64,000 nucleotides of DNA. Source: Eukaryota sp. TZLM1-RC. Its lineage: Eukaryota; Protista; Metamonada: BaSk clade. Where the stretch lies: NCBI GenBank assembly GCA_040285825.1, contig JAUPSS010000001.1, positions 2,790,001 to 2,854,000 on the forward strand, given 5' to 3'. The first letter of the stretch is position 1. Every line of letters begins with the position of its first letter. The notes below the pieces were generated by a model that saw only the letters and a list, made by a program, of their open reading frames with translations, made no database searches and was not told where the DNA came from. Both the position numbers and the translations under genes were made by a program. Below, piece after piece: positions 32,521-44,579 of this stretch.

Positions 32521-33899
32521 ACAATGTAGAGTAACAGAAGTGTAATTTATTACGAAGAGGAATTGTATTCTCTCTTCTTAAGCTAACAGGCGGAATACTA
32601 ATAACTAAACTATTAACTATAAATACTATTCAAGACTAACACTATTATCTTTGTAGTGATGGAGATTCACACAAACACTGGTTTCACATTTTCAAGATCG
32701 ACAATTGATGTACTATGACTCTCCTACAATAATGTTAGTATAAGGTAGTAAGCAATAACTGAAAAGGGCCTCGTTCCAAGATCTGTATGTTTGAATACTT
32801 TGTTGTGTATGTTTTAATCGCTACATAAAGCGCTCCACTTTTTCCCTTTTTCGTAAACGAGTAACGTGGTAGTGTCGTTTAGTAAAGGTATCATGGAATC
32901 GAAGAATGGATTCGCTAATGATCATGCAGGGTTTATGTTGGATTAACAACAACAGTAAACAAAGTAACAAACCTCAGAGACCTGAAGGTGGCGTCTTTTG
33001 TTGTTAAAGTACGGGCTTTACGACTAAAAATATCAGAGGAGCAAGGACCGCATCTTTGCATTGTAGTACAATAATAGTGAAGGTGGAGTTTCTACTCGTA
33101 ACCTCGTATTTGGTCGACTTTTCTCGTGTTTGGCTCCGTAAGGAAGGGAGCTGCTCGAATGGATAAAAGCCCATTGATTCGAGGTAAAGCTTCGTGTCCT
33201 TGTGAGGAGTTTGTAGAATCCATCACTGGAGTCATCTTCTCCTTCCATCTTATCTAATTGGGATTGAATTTCTTCATACTTTCCTAGTGGGGAAGACGTG
33301 TCTAAGGTGGGATTTCCATCCGTTCCCTTTGAGACAAATTTTATATTTGGGAGATGAGAGGGAGCCGGGTCCGTTCTCGTTACCGCCGTGGTCAATCCTA
33401 TATTCCTGAGGGGAGAGGGATTCAAGTCCGTTCTCGTAACCTCCATAGAGGAATCCTTTTCCTTGAGGGGAGAGAGAGCCGGGTCCGTTCTCGTAACCTC
33501 TTTTATAATTGAAGAAGGAGGGACCTCGTCCGCTCTTTCATCTTTAACTTTTGGGGAGGGGGAGGTGGGATCCGGGTCCGTTACCTCGTTACCCTCTTTA
33601 TCATATGTATGTATGTCCTGTTGTTGTTCCTGTTGCTGCATGTTAGGTAATGAACGAGTAAGGTCACAGTTTTCCTGGAAGATGTCTGACATAATGAAAT
33701 ATCTGGTTAGCTGGTTTCATGTTGAGTACTGAGGTTATTTGCGGTATACCTTTGACTTTAAAATGGCCAATAATTATTGTTGCCTAAATTCTATTGTAGT
33801 AAAGAGAAGTCAATGAGGAAAAGTTGATATATTTTCTAATCATATTATATAAGCCTTAGGGCGCCAACATCTCTACAATTTGACTTGAATGAGAGCACA

Positions 33900-34800
33900 T
33901 AAAACCATTTATCATCAATTTGAACCATAGATTTGCTTTAAACATACTGTTACTCCCATGACTAGGAACTACTGATCAGCTAAGAGACATTTAGATGGAT
34001 TCAAAGCTACTCCAATTTCTTTGTTCTTCGCGACAATGCCTTCAGAAACCCCAAATGCTTTCATAAGAACTGATAATAGAAAGATCATCCATATAAGCAA
34101 CAATACGCAATTCAGGGAATTCTTTTTGGGTCACTTCAATAATATTATGGATAGCCAAACAAAAAACAATCACCACAAGGGTCACGTTGTTTCACACCAG
34201 CAGAAGATTCAAGGGTAAATGTGTCAAAAATCAAGTCTGACTTTTTTCCGTAAAATAAATAAAAATAAGCTGAAAGTTCAGGAAAATCTTGAAGATCGAC
34301 ATCATAAATACAGATCTTCTTTTGATATTCTGTACTTTTCATTGGAATTTCAATTTTGTTTGGATTCAACAACAACAAATTATACAATCCAGTTTCTTTT
34401 GGATATGTTGAAATCAATTCTCTGTGAATTCTTAATCCAAGTGTATCTGAAAATTATTGAATATATGGTTCGAGATTTTCAGAAACCACGGTTTCATTAT
34501 ATTTGGGTTCTGTTGTTTTTTTTTGTTATAATGTAATTATTGAAATATAATTTCAGTAATGGTAATAATACCAATCCATTTAAATTCCATTTAATTTTAT
34601 CATTTTCATATGTCAATATTACAGTATCAATAAATCTTGGATCCAAATCCTTTAATTGTAATTTTGTTTGACTTACAACTGAAATCAAAGCACCTTTAAT
34701 TGATTGGAATAAAATTTCCAAAGAAATAAGATGTTCTCTGATTTAACCTTCAACCTCCAACAGCACAACACCCTTTGATTATTTGTATATCAATCTCTGA
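33900..34800 (-). pseudogene. Degenerate CRE-like RT fragment
   Basis: FYGKKSDLIF..SSAGVKQRDP resembles 46059-46541. Confidence 0.65.
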
Positions 34801-35203
34801 ACTGCTATCCCTCGCTTAATAATCCATTACAAATCATTACACAAATCCTTGTATAGTCTCCTTTGTCCATTTGTCCTTACATCTCGACATGTCAAGACTT
34901 GTCCTGACATGTTTACAGTGTCAGTCATCTTCTCGTGATACCTTATGCCTTCTATTATTTTGCACTAATTCTGGATCTACTATACAACTGCATGAATAGA
35001 TCAAATGATTTCCATTCACGTAAGCGTGCTGGAGTCCTTCTGATAGGTTCTCGTGAAGATCTACAATCCATACAAACTGTTTCAAATTTTAGTAGACGGT
35101 TCTTTCTTAAGGTTGTCAGATTTCTTCGCCAAACTTACTTAAGCGGTATTACAATTCATTACAACCTAAAATACGGTCTTTCTATCAAAGTTGTAATAAA
35201 TCC

Positions 35204-35830
35204 TTGGATCCTATCCAAAACCTCGATCTGTTGTACAATTCTTTAACTGATGAGGAAAGAAGTCTTTATGCAAGAGTTGAAGCAGTCAGGACAATTACAA
35301 TACCATTTTCTGAAATCGACTCCATGGAGAGCTTTGTGAAGACCCCTGATGTGGTTTCTGCCATTGAAACTTATATGTTAGGAGAGGGAACCAGTGATTT
35401 TTCCTCTCGTGATCCCGATGGGAAGCCGTGCGTGCAAGTATTTTCTCGGCTGCATAGAGCACTGTCTCTTCTCAGGAAGGATCAACCAGAGATTTTTGAA
35501 TCTGACCTCTGTTTCCTTGCTACTATCAATGCTCTATCTGTTAAGGCGGTTCTTAAACGATACACAAAGTCCGTCTTGATTGATATTGGTGGTGCCGCCG
35601 ATAAGAACATCTCTTTCTTAGAAACGGCACATCAAGAATGTAAAGAAGAACTTGCCCTCTCTTCTTTGCCTCCTTCGTGGTTTGACAAGAAGTCCCAAAG
35701 GGCTTTACGTCAATTGCAGAATCTGAAGCGTATTCCTCTTTGGAAAATGGTAAACTTCAATTATAGAAGTTATTTTTCTTTGGTTGATAACTTTTCTATG
35801 GAGTATGAGGTGAAAATAGCCAGTGACTAG
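35204..35830 (+). CDS. Hypothetical protein; 5' end uncertain, possibly a pseudogene
   Basis: 208-aa ORF with protein-like composition and no recognised motif. Confidence 0.4.
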   Translation: MDPIQNLDLLYNSLTDEERSLYARVEAVRTITIPFSEIDSMESFVKTPDVVSAIETYMLGEGTSDFSSRDPDGKPCVQVFSRLHRALSLLRKDQPEIFESDLCFLATINALSVKAVLKRYTKSVLIDIGGAADKNISFLETAHQECKEELALSSLPPSWFDKKSQRALRQLQNLKRIPLWKMVNFNYRSYFSLVDNFSMEYEVKIASD

Positions 35831-36299
35831 TGATTTTTGAAAGATTTCTACTCACTTTGTGCATTGTAAATATAATTACTAATGGTGTTTTATTTTGTCT
35901 CTCATTGTTACTTATCTTTGACGTTACACAAATTTCAACTTTTAATTTAACAATTTACTAGTTACTTTTGATTCCAGACACAAAGAGTAATGCAATTCAT
36001 AGTTGACTACTATTGATCTACTCAGAACAAAAGTGGATTTTCATAACATTTTTTGAACAATAATAGTTTGCAACCAAAGATAATTAGAATAGAATTTAAA
36101 CGAATAGAATTCAGAAGTGCAGATATTGTGGAGATATCTTTTGTTGTGTCAAGCCAAATTTTGTAAGTCTTTCTTGTTTGGACTAATGGATTTTTCAATG
36201 GATTGGTCCCATTAACTCCTGTTAAATCATATATTATACTGCCTCTCCAACATCGAAACAGTTGATTACTAACGACTCAGAAAATTGACAGAAGGATGA

Positions 36300-37300
36300 T
36301 TGTGAATCAGAAATAAATTTAACCATTCTCTTATTGAAAACACAATTCTATTTTGCCAATAAACATGATTCAAAATTTTTCCAAACCTTTCGCTTACAAC
36401 TTTTTTTGATATATTTTTATTTATTCCAATAAAAAACAAACTATACGACAAGGTTAAACTTCTATGTCTTCATAACCCAAATCGGCCAGGAAGAATAGAC
36501 TCGAGATTTTTCTTTTATAAAAGTGTCCAAGAGATAACAAAGCTGGAAATAATAAGGGAACAACACCTTGGAAAATTGAAAATACAATTCTGTTTTGCCA
36601 AAAATTCTTCCAGTACGTTGTTTCACAATTTCCACAAAATCATCCAGAAAAGATAAAGCAAAAGGTCCAAGCGTACCATGAAGGGAAACTGCAAATGGAC
36701 AGAGGACATAATGAGTATGCGATTCTGCATTCAAGGATAATAATTTTGCTTTATGTTTGTCAATTTTGGCCTTTTCGGAAACAGTTAAGGGGTCCCTATA
36801 TTTTGATTGAGCCATTGGAATAAAAGAATCATTACAGACTTCAGTGGATCTCACATCTGTAATAATGGTAGTACTTTCAAGACCTTCAAGCATCAAATCA
36901 CCTCTATTTCGACCAAACGAATTCAAAGTATCTGTATCAACCAAACGGGAAAGTAATGGTTCCAAATAGGAAACAATTCTATCTGATTTGACATACAATA
37001 GAGTTGATCTTTTACTGCATCATGAACTTTTGATCGGAAAATAATAAAATGTTTACGATTGAATAAATGATTTGGAGAAATTTTTGATCCACATTTACAA
37101 ATCAAATTATGAGGCACGTTATCAGGCCAAATGCAACAACGAAGGCGCATTGTACAAGAAAATTCTGTATCATTTAAAAGAAGACCATAAATTTGAGGAA
37201 TCTGAATAACTAAACACGAAGAGGAACTGTTTTGAGCATCTAACAAAAAATTTGCGAAAGCGGGATTCTTTTGCAACTGCACTAAACTCTTCATGGAATG
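36300..37300 (-). pseudogene. CRE-like non-LTR 3' remnant (CCHC + restriction-like endonuclease)
   Basis: CKC..HLFN..RSKVHDAV, RGDLMLEG..TDV..EKAKIDKH, with frameshifts. Confidence 0.8.
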
Positions 37301-37521
37301 CCAAAGCAGCCATAACTCTAAAGTGATTTCGCATAGGTTATAAAATCGTTCATATAGTCTCTACCGACAACAACAAGGTCAAGAGGGTGACAGAGATTCA
37401 GTTGGATGCCGATATAGAATAAGGAAACGCGGGAGATAACGTGATCAGATTGAAATCGAGGCAGCGTCTTTTGTTTCATTCATCCGCTTAATCAAAAACA
37501 CACTTTTTGTATTATCAACAG

Positions 37522-37980
37522 ATGTCCGGACCCCCACCTCGAAAGCTTGATATTTCCTTTATTGAAGACAAAGCCCGGCGGCATATATGCTTCTCGAAGA
37601 GACGCTCTGGTCTTTTCAAGAAAGCACATGAGTTATCTGTCCTAACAGGGACACAAGTACTACTTACTGTTATCAGTGAGGCTGGTAATGTCAACACCTT
37701 TGCAACTGACCGACTTCAACCGTTAGCTCGCTCCAAGGAGTTGCATCAGATGCTACATACTGTACTCGTTCAACCCCAGCATGTTTCACATCCTCTCGAA
37801 TTTGACGGGGAGGTGGACGGCGTGGTTGAAGAAGACGGATATTGTTCATCTTCCGATAACAATGAGCTTGACTCTCCCAAGTTTTCTTCAGAAACAACTG
37901 TTTGCTCAAGCGAACTGATGTCAGCGCCTTCAGGATTAGCACAGTCATTTGCAGCCTCAGACTGTCCTGTTCAGGAATAG
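37522..37980 (+). CDS. MADS-box transcription factor, SRF/MCM1 type
   Basis: FIEDKARRHICFSKRRSGLFKKAHELSVLTGTQVLL..SEAGNVNTFAT. Confidence 0.92.
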   Translation: MSGPPPRKLDISFIEDKARRHICFSKRRSGLFKKAHELSVLTGTQVLLTVISEAGNVNTFATDRLQPLARSKELHQMLHTVLVQPQHVSHPLEFDGEVDGVVEEDGYCSSSDNNELDSPKFSSETTVCSSELMSAPSGLAQSFAASDCPVQE

Positions 37981-39299
37981 TTTGTTTCCTGTTTTGTTTT
38001 TATGTATTTATTTTATTTTATTTTTTATTATGTGCAGTGATTCTTACATTTTAAATCAGTTTTTAGCAAGTTGTTTGTCTGTTGGTTTTTGGGTAGACGG
38101 TTTTGCTCGTTTTGCATGATTTTTAATTTGGTAAGCGGTTTGTCAATGGTTATTAAACAGATTAATTTGTACCGCAACAAACACAGACGTGCCAAACACT
38201 TCTTTTGCTTAACGGAAACTACAGAAATAAATAATGACACTAATTTAAGTTTACAAATCTGATATGTTGTAAATCTCAAACTGTAAAATGTGAAAGAGCA
38301 CAACAAGCAATCGTTTCAGTTTGGTAAATAAAAATGACCAATTCCAAAATGTCATAGCATGACTTGCATCAATTTTGATGATAAGGCTTAAACAAATTGC
38401 GGATTGTTTGCCCCTGCTTCAACATCAATTCTGCACCTGTTGCTTGTGTTTTCTGTCCTTTTCAGTGTTCAAGAAAACCATTCTCGACTTCTAATTCCCT
38501 GCTTTGGCAGGTATTTAACCCTCAATTCTGGGAACTTTTTTACTTTTTACACTTTTCATATTATTATTAATACTTTGTGGACTTCCTTACTGATTGTTTA
38601 TCTCTATTTAATTATTTTATTATACTACAACTAAAAATTCTTTCTAATGAAAATCACAGTAGATGTTATTGATGAAGATTTTTGTTTCCTTTGTGAGAGT
38701 ACAAAGCTGCTCCGCTTAAATGGGCAACCAACATTGAAGAATAACTGTTGCCAATATGCTATAGTTAGTGTCGGGCACATGATGATAGAGAGAGACATTT
38801 ATTACGATGGGAATAGGAGCTGATTGAACTCGTGTTAGAATTCAGTTCCATAATTATTAACAAATTTTTGAGATTGAACAGTACTATTCAATGGACAGAA
38901 ATGGCTTTTCATCACCTGCTTGTGGTGACCTTGCAACAATATCTCCAAACGAAAACAATTCTGCTTGATCAAATTTATTTTTGCATTAATTCTTAATTCA
39001 TTCAATAGTTTATAATTTCTTATAATATATACTATATTCAGTTTCATTATGATCTGGTAAAATTGGAAACAATCCTCTGACAATTTCATCATGTGTTGTT
39101 TCTACTACACTGTTCAATAAAATGCAAATAAGACCATTTTGGTGCATTTCATATAGATAATAAATATTTGCACAATATGATAATTCTTCATAGATCTTTA
39201 AATACAGTTACGCTTCACTGAATTAAAAACATTTTTAAAATTCAAATTGAAAATATATTGATGTTAATGACCTTGTCTTTTCAATCGAATTAGAGAAGA

Positions 39300-39990
39300 T
39301 TTAGCTAGTCAACCAGTAGATCAAGATTTTGTAGAGGAAATCTTGGTTCAATGATTTTCGTCCTATTGGTTATGAATTAATTTTTATTAAGTGTGCATGT
39401 TCAATAAATATAATACTAATTTGTTGGTGACTATTGAAAAAACATCTGAAGTCATTGAAGCAACAGAAGCACCTTCAATAGTTTTAATATTAAACCAGAA
39501 AGGCTTCAACTAATCACTCGCTGCAGTAGAAATTCTGCTAAAAATAAGCGAAGAAAGCAATCTGGTTAAGGACTCTTCAATAGCAATGGGTCTAACTCCA
39601 TCTGTTTCGTTACTTGTTTCAGGTTTGACGAAAGCAACTAAACATGCAGCACTCAATTGAGGCGGAGGAACATTATTCAAACACATTAAATTTTGAAAAT
39701 AACTGACAAGATCCTCAGAAATTTTAGGAGCATTCTTACAAACAGTTTTTGACAAATCAAAAGAGGTGCTTTAAGGACCAGCATCACCTCTATTGTTCTT
39801 ATGAAAATCATCTTCAGTATCAAACAGATATGACAACAGAGTTTCCAAAATGGATTCAATTCTATAAGACTTACATATACAATATAATTGGTCTCTTACA
39901 ATATCGTGAACCTTGCTTCTAAAAGTAATAATATGTTTACAATTTAACCAATGAGTAATTGTAATTTTCCGAGAACATTTACAAAAATCC
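39300..39990. pseudogene. Mixed CRE-like non-LTR fragments
   Basis: LVAFVKP..GVRPIAIEESLTRL (RT N-terminal motif) and HWLNCKHIITFRSKVHD. Confidence 0.7.
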
Positions 39991-40047
39991 AAATCAATTG
40001 AAAATCACTTCAATTTAACATCCCATTACACAAACCTATCTGTGTCA

Positions 40048-41128
40048 ATGGCATCATTTGTCTTGCAGGATCCTTGGGCAATCTATGTAAACTTTAGAAC
40101 TCGCAGCAACACTTACACCAATTCACTGAAGTGTATTGGGCGTTTCTCATCTATTGAGTCGTTTTGGCAGCATATTAACTCCATTTCTGTCTTGAGTCTT
40201 CCACCAAACACTAATGTCAGAATTTTTAAACGTAACATCCGGCCTGAGTATGAATAATCCTTTTCATACTTATCCCAGATATGAAGCTGAAGAGAATCGC
40301 TTTGGAGGACGGATCTGTTTCAATATTGGCCAATCAGATGTACTTGTTACCGTCTGGGAATCTCTCTTGACAGAGGTTTGTGGCCGGTTATGGAAATATT
40401 ACAGTCATATTAATGGAGTTTGTCTCTGTGTCAAGGACCACCGTTGCTCTATACAAATATGGGTAAGGAATGCTGCTGACACCAAGGCCATTAAACACCT
40501 CCAGGATTCCATTAAATCTGCTTGCGGTTCATTCAAACCCAAATTAGACTTTTTCAAGTTCTTTCACAGTGAATCCCACCATGATCAACTTGCTGAGTCT
40601 TGCTCAGATCAACATTCCTCTCTTGATCTGCCGTCTCGGCCGTCTACCGCAGTGAAAACTCCTACCCCACCCATCTCTATGGAAGCCACTGGAAGTGAAG
40701 TGTCGTCCATTTCCAGATCTTCTTCGTCATCCACAGTTTCTGCTCTATCCAAGCCGACCATCAGTTCATTTATATCAGAGAATAGAAACAGTACTCGTAA
40801 AAGGATTGAGAAGAAGCAGGGCAAAACAAGGTCAACTGCACCTGAAAAGGTACGACCAAAGCCCCCCACCAGTAAAAAACTCCATACGCCCAACTTGTAT
40901 GGTTCTCTTGCTCCAGAGTCACCTACATCAGGTACGCCCGTCTCTATCTGTGCTACTTCAAAAAGGCAAAGTACTGTTAGTTCCAAAAAGCGTAAGGTAA
41001 AAGTACAACCCAAACGACAAGACCATTTTATCCTCAAAGAGTATCCCTATTATTTAAGGTTTGTTCTTTTGATCATGATTGCTGTGTTGTGTCTAATGTT
41101 TTCAATTAAAGTTTTGATTGCTTCCTGA
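40048..41128 (+). CDS. eIF4E-family cap-binding protein with a Ser/Lys-rich linker and C-terminal transmembrane helix
   Basis: WAIY, FSSIESFW, FKRNIRPEYEAEENRFGGR, INGVCL, IQIWV. Intron at 40248-40278. Ends FVLLIMIAVLCLMFSIKVLIAS. Confidence 0.82.
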
Positions 41129-41449
41129 GTGACGGTTTGTAGATTTGTAAATAATTCGTTGTAAATGACAGTGGAAAATAAAATTCAAGTTTTATTACTG
41201 TAATTAATATGTGTTATAATTTTATTTAATTTAATTTCTGTAGCTGTTTTTTCAAATCAGGAACGAATGTATATTTTCTAAATACCAACGAATGCTTGGT
41301 GAATAGGACACACAGCATCTGCCAATGCACACAGTCCAGAGGCCTGGACTCCAGAGGGCAAAAGTTGATAGATAACGGGTACCATAATAGGATCACAAAT
41401 AACAAAAGTGAAAACTGGGTATGTCTTAAATAATGTTTTTTGAATATAT

Positions 41450-42422
41450 CTATTTATTAGAAAACTTATAAATCAACCTCTGATTAATCCATCTCTCCCA
41501 AAATCAAACAACTAGATGCAACTCTCTCATAGTGAGATTCAAGAGAAAGCAAAGCATCAGAAACCATCTTCAACATCCCCTTAGAAATAGAAAACACAAT
41601 ACTGTTTTGCCAAAACAATCTATTGAAATTCCCGTTAGTTCTGTTCTTCTTTTTACAATAATTTCAAAATCTGCTAAAAAACGTATAACCGTGGGAGAAA
41701 GTGAATTAAATAGAGAAAATACAAATGGATACAAATTGTATTTTGCATGCTATTCGCTGGACAATTTGGATAAATTTCTATTCAATTCCATTGTACAGTA
41801 CATTTTCTCCTTACATGCCTTTTTTTTAAAATTTAATTTTATTCTAAACCTATAAATCAACATCTAAAAAATCCATCTCTCCCAAAACAAAAACACTAGA
41901 TGCAACTCTCTCATAGTGAGATCCAAGAGAAAGCAAAGCATCAGAAACCATCTTCAACATCTCCTTAAAAATAGAAAACACAATTCTATTTTGCCAAAAC
42001 AATCTGTTGAAATTTCTGCCAGTTCTTCTCTTTACAATCATTTCAAAATCATCCAAAAAACGTAAAGCAGTTGGTGCAAGTGAACCAAAAAGGGAAAATA
42101 CAAATGGATACAAATTGTATTTTGCATGCTGTAGACTGGCCAATTTGGACAAAGGTTCATTGTATTTTTTGAATTTAAAATTTTCAGCATTTGAAAGGGG
42201 ATAATGAATTTCAGAATTAGCAAGCTTTTCATTTGAGGCATTACAAGGATCAACAGACATTACATCCAATAAAATGAAGGTTCCGTCTAATTCAGGTAAA
42301 ATGACATCACCTCTATTATTCTTATGAAAATCATCTTCAATAACAAACAGATTTGATAACAGAGGTTCCAAAAAGGATTCAATTCTAAGAGACTTACACA
42401 TACAATCTAATTGGTGTCTCAA
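41450..42422 (-). pseudogene. Two tandem 5'-truncated CRE-like 3' ends
   Basis: 41775-42420 is nearly identical to 44606-45250. 41450-41770 is a more diverged copy. Confidence 0.85.
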
Positions 42423-43441
42423 AATATATTTAAATTATTATGTGTTTGAGGGTAGATTTAACTAAAGTGTTAAATAAGACTACCTGAATAGCTTGTCTTA
42501 ATATCCTAAATACTCCACCTCAATAAGATTGTTCGAAATGGAAAAAACAACGTTCATTCTGAGCAAAGACTATTATTTATTGTTTCAGAAAGAGGTGGGT
42601 CTTTCCAACATAATCCCAATTTTATTTTTGTCATCATTTTTCTGGTTCCACAAGATGAAAGACAATGTAATCTGAAGCCCCAAATTCATTTGTCCCTTTC
42701 TTGATGTTCTTCAATGTTTCACATTGACCTCTTTTCTTGAATGAAGGTGCTTTCTATTTATTGGCTTGAAAACTCCATGGGCATTCTTTTGACTAACTAC
42801 CGTCTGGGGTCGATAATCAACAGCACAGGCAGAAAAACATTGAAACGCTTTTGGAAGAAATCTCAATTGTATTTTTGTCCTACTTTTTCAAGCAATCTTC
42901 CTTTTAACACGTTACCGTGTTCGAGGGAAAATTGGGTACAAATAAATGTGGTATGTTCTGACAAATATCCCATTACTGTTTTTCCATCTGTGAATTTGAA
43001 CTCAAAGGGATTTATTTTTTGCATTCAAATGTCAAAGTGGAACACATCCACCAGTAATTAAACAACTGTAATAAATTAATTAATACTCTATATGTTTTGC
43101 ATAATTATACCAACAAATAAACCAACAAGAACCTTAGTCAACCTTAACATACCACCCACGCCTTATGTCATCACAAGAACCACCAAAAAAACGTCAACGT
43201 TTATTATACGACTACTTCACTCCATCCAAATCAACAAATCTTAACAAAAAACCCTTAACCAAAAAGCTCTTAACAAGAAACCGTAGGATTTTGACGTTGA
43301 AATTAATGATTCAGTTTTTTAATAAATAGTTAATTTACATATGCTGGTATTTGCAGGTACGGGAAAAACAGAGGCACAAATAGAATTGGGAAAATCCCAC
43401 TGTTTTTCCACCCCATCTTTCCTCGAACAGCATAAACAATT

Positions 43442-43513
43442 GGGAGCATGGTCCAATGGTAGGGCATCAGCCTCCAGAGCTGCAAGATCGGGGTTCGATT
43501 CCTCGTGCTCCCA
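43442..43513 (+). tRNA. trnW-CCA: tRNA-Trp(CCA) with a 4-bp anticodon stem (U27:C43 mismatch)
   Basis: Acceptor GGGAGCA/TGCTCCC, D stem GTCC/GGGC, anticodon loop CT-CCA-GA, T arm CGGGG-TTCGATT-CCTCG. Confidence 0.92.
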
Positions 43514-43719
43514 AAATTTTGCACTTTGGTAAATCTTTATAAATTCAAATGACAACTTCCACTTTAGTCGCAACTTTTCCTCAAGTTTATGGTACTCTCT
43601 TAACTGATTCTGACTGAACTTTGAAGATGAGACTTCGTTCCCTTATCTGACCTGATAATTAGACTCATGATGTAATTTGTAGACTAACAATAACAATTAC
43701 TGCTTTGTTAAAATGTAAA

Positions 43720-44090
43720 AATTGTATTTACTTTTTTACTTCAGAAGCAAGGTTCATAATTTTGTGAGAATTTCATTATCTTCTCAAATGATGATAATTT
43801 TGAAATCAAAAAGCGTAGTGAACCTTTGTCCAATTTGACTATTCAACAGCATGCAAAAAACAATTAATTTCTACTTGTAGTTCGCAATTTGGTCCACGTG
43901 CTCCCACCGCCCTATGATTTCTGTCAGAAAAATACAATGTTGACAGATTATTTTGAATAGGTTTTTCGATTTTTAATAAGATGTTGAAGATGGTTTCTGA
44001 TGCACTGCATTCTCTTGAATCTCACTATGGGAGAGTTGCATCTAGTTTTGTTTCAAGAGAGTGGTCTATTTAGATGTTGATTGATAAATT
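43720..44090 (+). pseudogene. Degenerate CRE-like 3' end
   Basis: Reverse-complement similarity to 44681-45050. Confidence 0.6.
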
Positions 44091-44202
44091 GTTATATATA
44101 TATCTATTAAGGTAAGGCGATGACAACTGAAGGTCATGAATTGAAAATTACAAAAAAATCATTTAAGAAAAAACCTTAAATATGACGAAAATTATTAAGA
44201 TT

Positions 44203-44282
44203 TGACAACGGTGGGACTCGAACCCACGCGGTTTCCCACTGCCGCCTTAAGACAGCGCCTTAGACCACTCGGCCACGTTGCC
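44203..44282 (-). tRNA. trnL-AAG: tRNA-Leu(AAG)
   Basis: GGCAACG/CGTTGTC acceptor, TGGCCGAGTGGTCTAAGGC D arm, CTGTC-TTAAGGC-GGCAG anticodon arm, long variable arm, GGTTCGAGTCC. Confidence 0.93.
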
Positions 44283-44323
44283 CATGAAATATTACTAGCT
44301 CCCATGTGTTACGCCCATGGCTA

Positions 44324-44504
44324 CCGTGCCCTCTAAAATTTTACGTCTATTAATTGGAGAATTTTTTTCTGATCACCCAATTTGATTTTTGGGGACAATG
44401 GTCAGAGCCGTGACGAAAAAATTGGACACCTATTAATTGGGTGATTTTCATCTGACGGCGCAAATGGCCCAATCAATAGGCGTCCAAAATTTTAAGAAAC
44501 CCGG
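44324..44504. mobile_element. MITE-like element (Tc1/mariner/pogo type), about 181 bp
   Basis: TA|CCG...CGG|TA ends, imperfect ~35-bp TIRs (TAAAATTTT..CTATTaATTGG versus CCAATcAATAG..AAAATTTTA) and an internal copy of the TIR motif. Confidence 0.55.
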
Positions 44505-44579
44505 TAGGGTAAATTGAACATAAAATTTTGTTTCACTTTGTTCCAATCTAGTCTGCCAAAATTGGTTGTAATAAATAAA

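Larger units (their letters stand above)
25282..32641 (-). mobile_element. Element D: second-family Ty3/gypsy LTR retrotransposon nested in element B; 154-bp LTRs at 25282-25435 and 32488-32641
   Basis: LTRs identical at 153 of 154 positions, TG..CA ends, CTAT TSD (25278-25281 and 32642-32645), PPT complement at 25436-25454. Confidence 0.93.
25061..33869 (-). mobile_element. Element B: non-autonomous LTR element (about 1.45 kb excluding the insert) hosting nested element D; 92-bp LTRs at 25061-25152 and 33778-33869
   Basis: LTRs are related to element A and differ from each other at 4 positions. TCTC TSD, PPT complement at 25153-25170. Interior 32646-33777 matches elements C and A. Confidence 0.88.

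Noticed and set aside
16997-33732. Numerous antisense ORFs over the retrotransposons
   Set aside because: Shadows of sense-strand coding and repeats, with no independent motifs.
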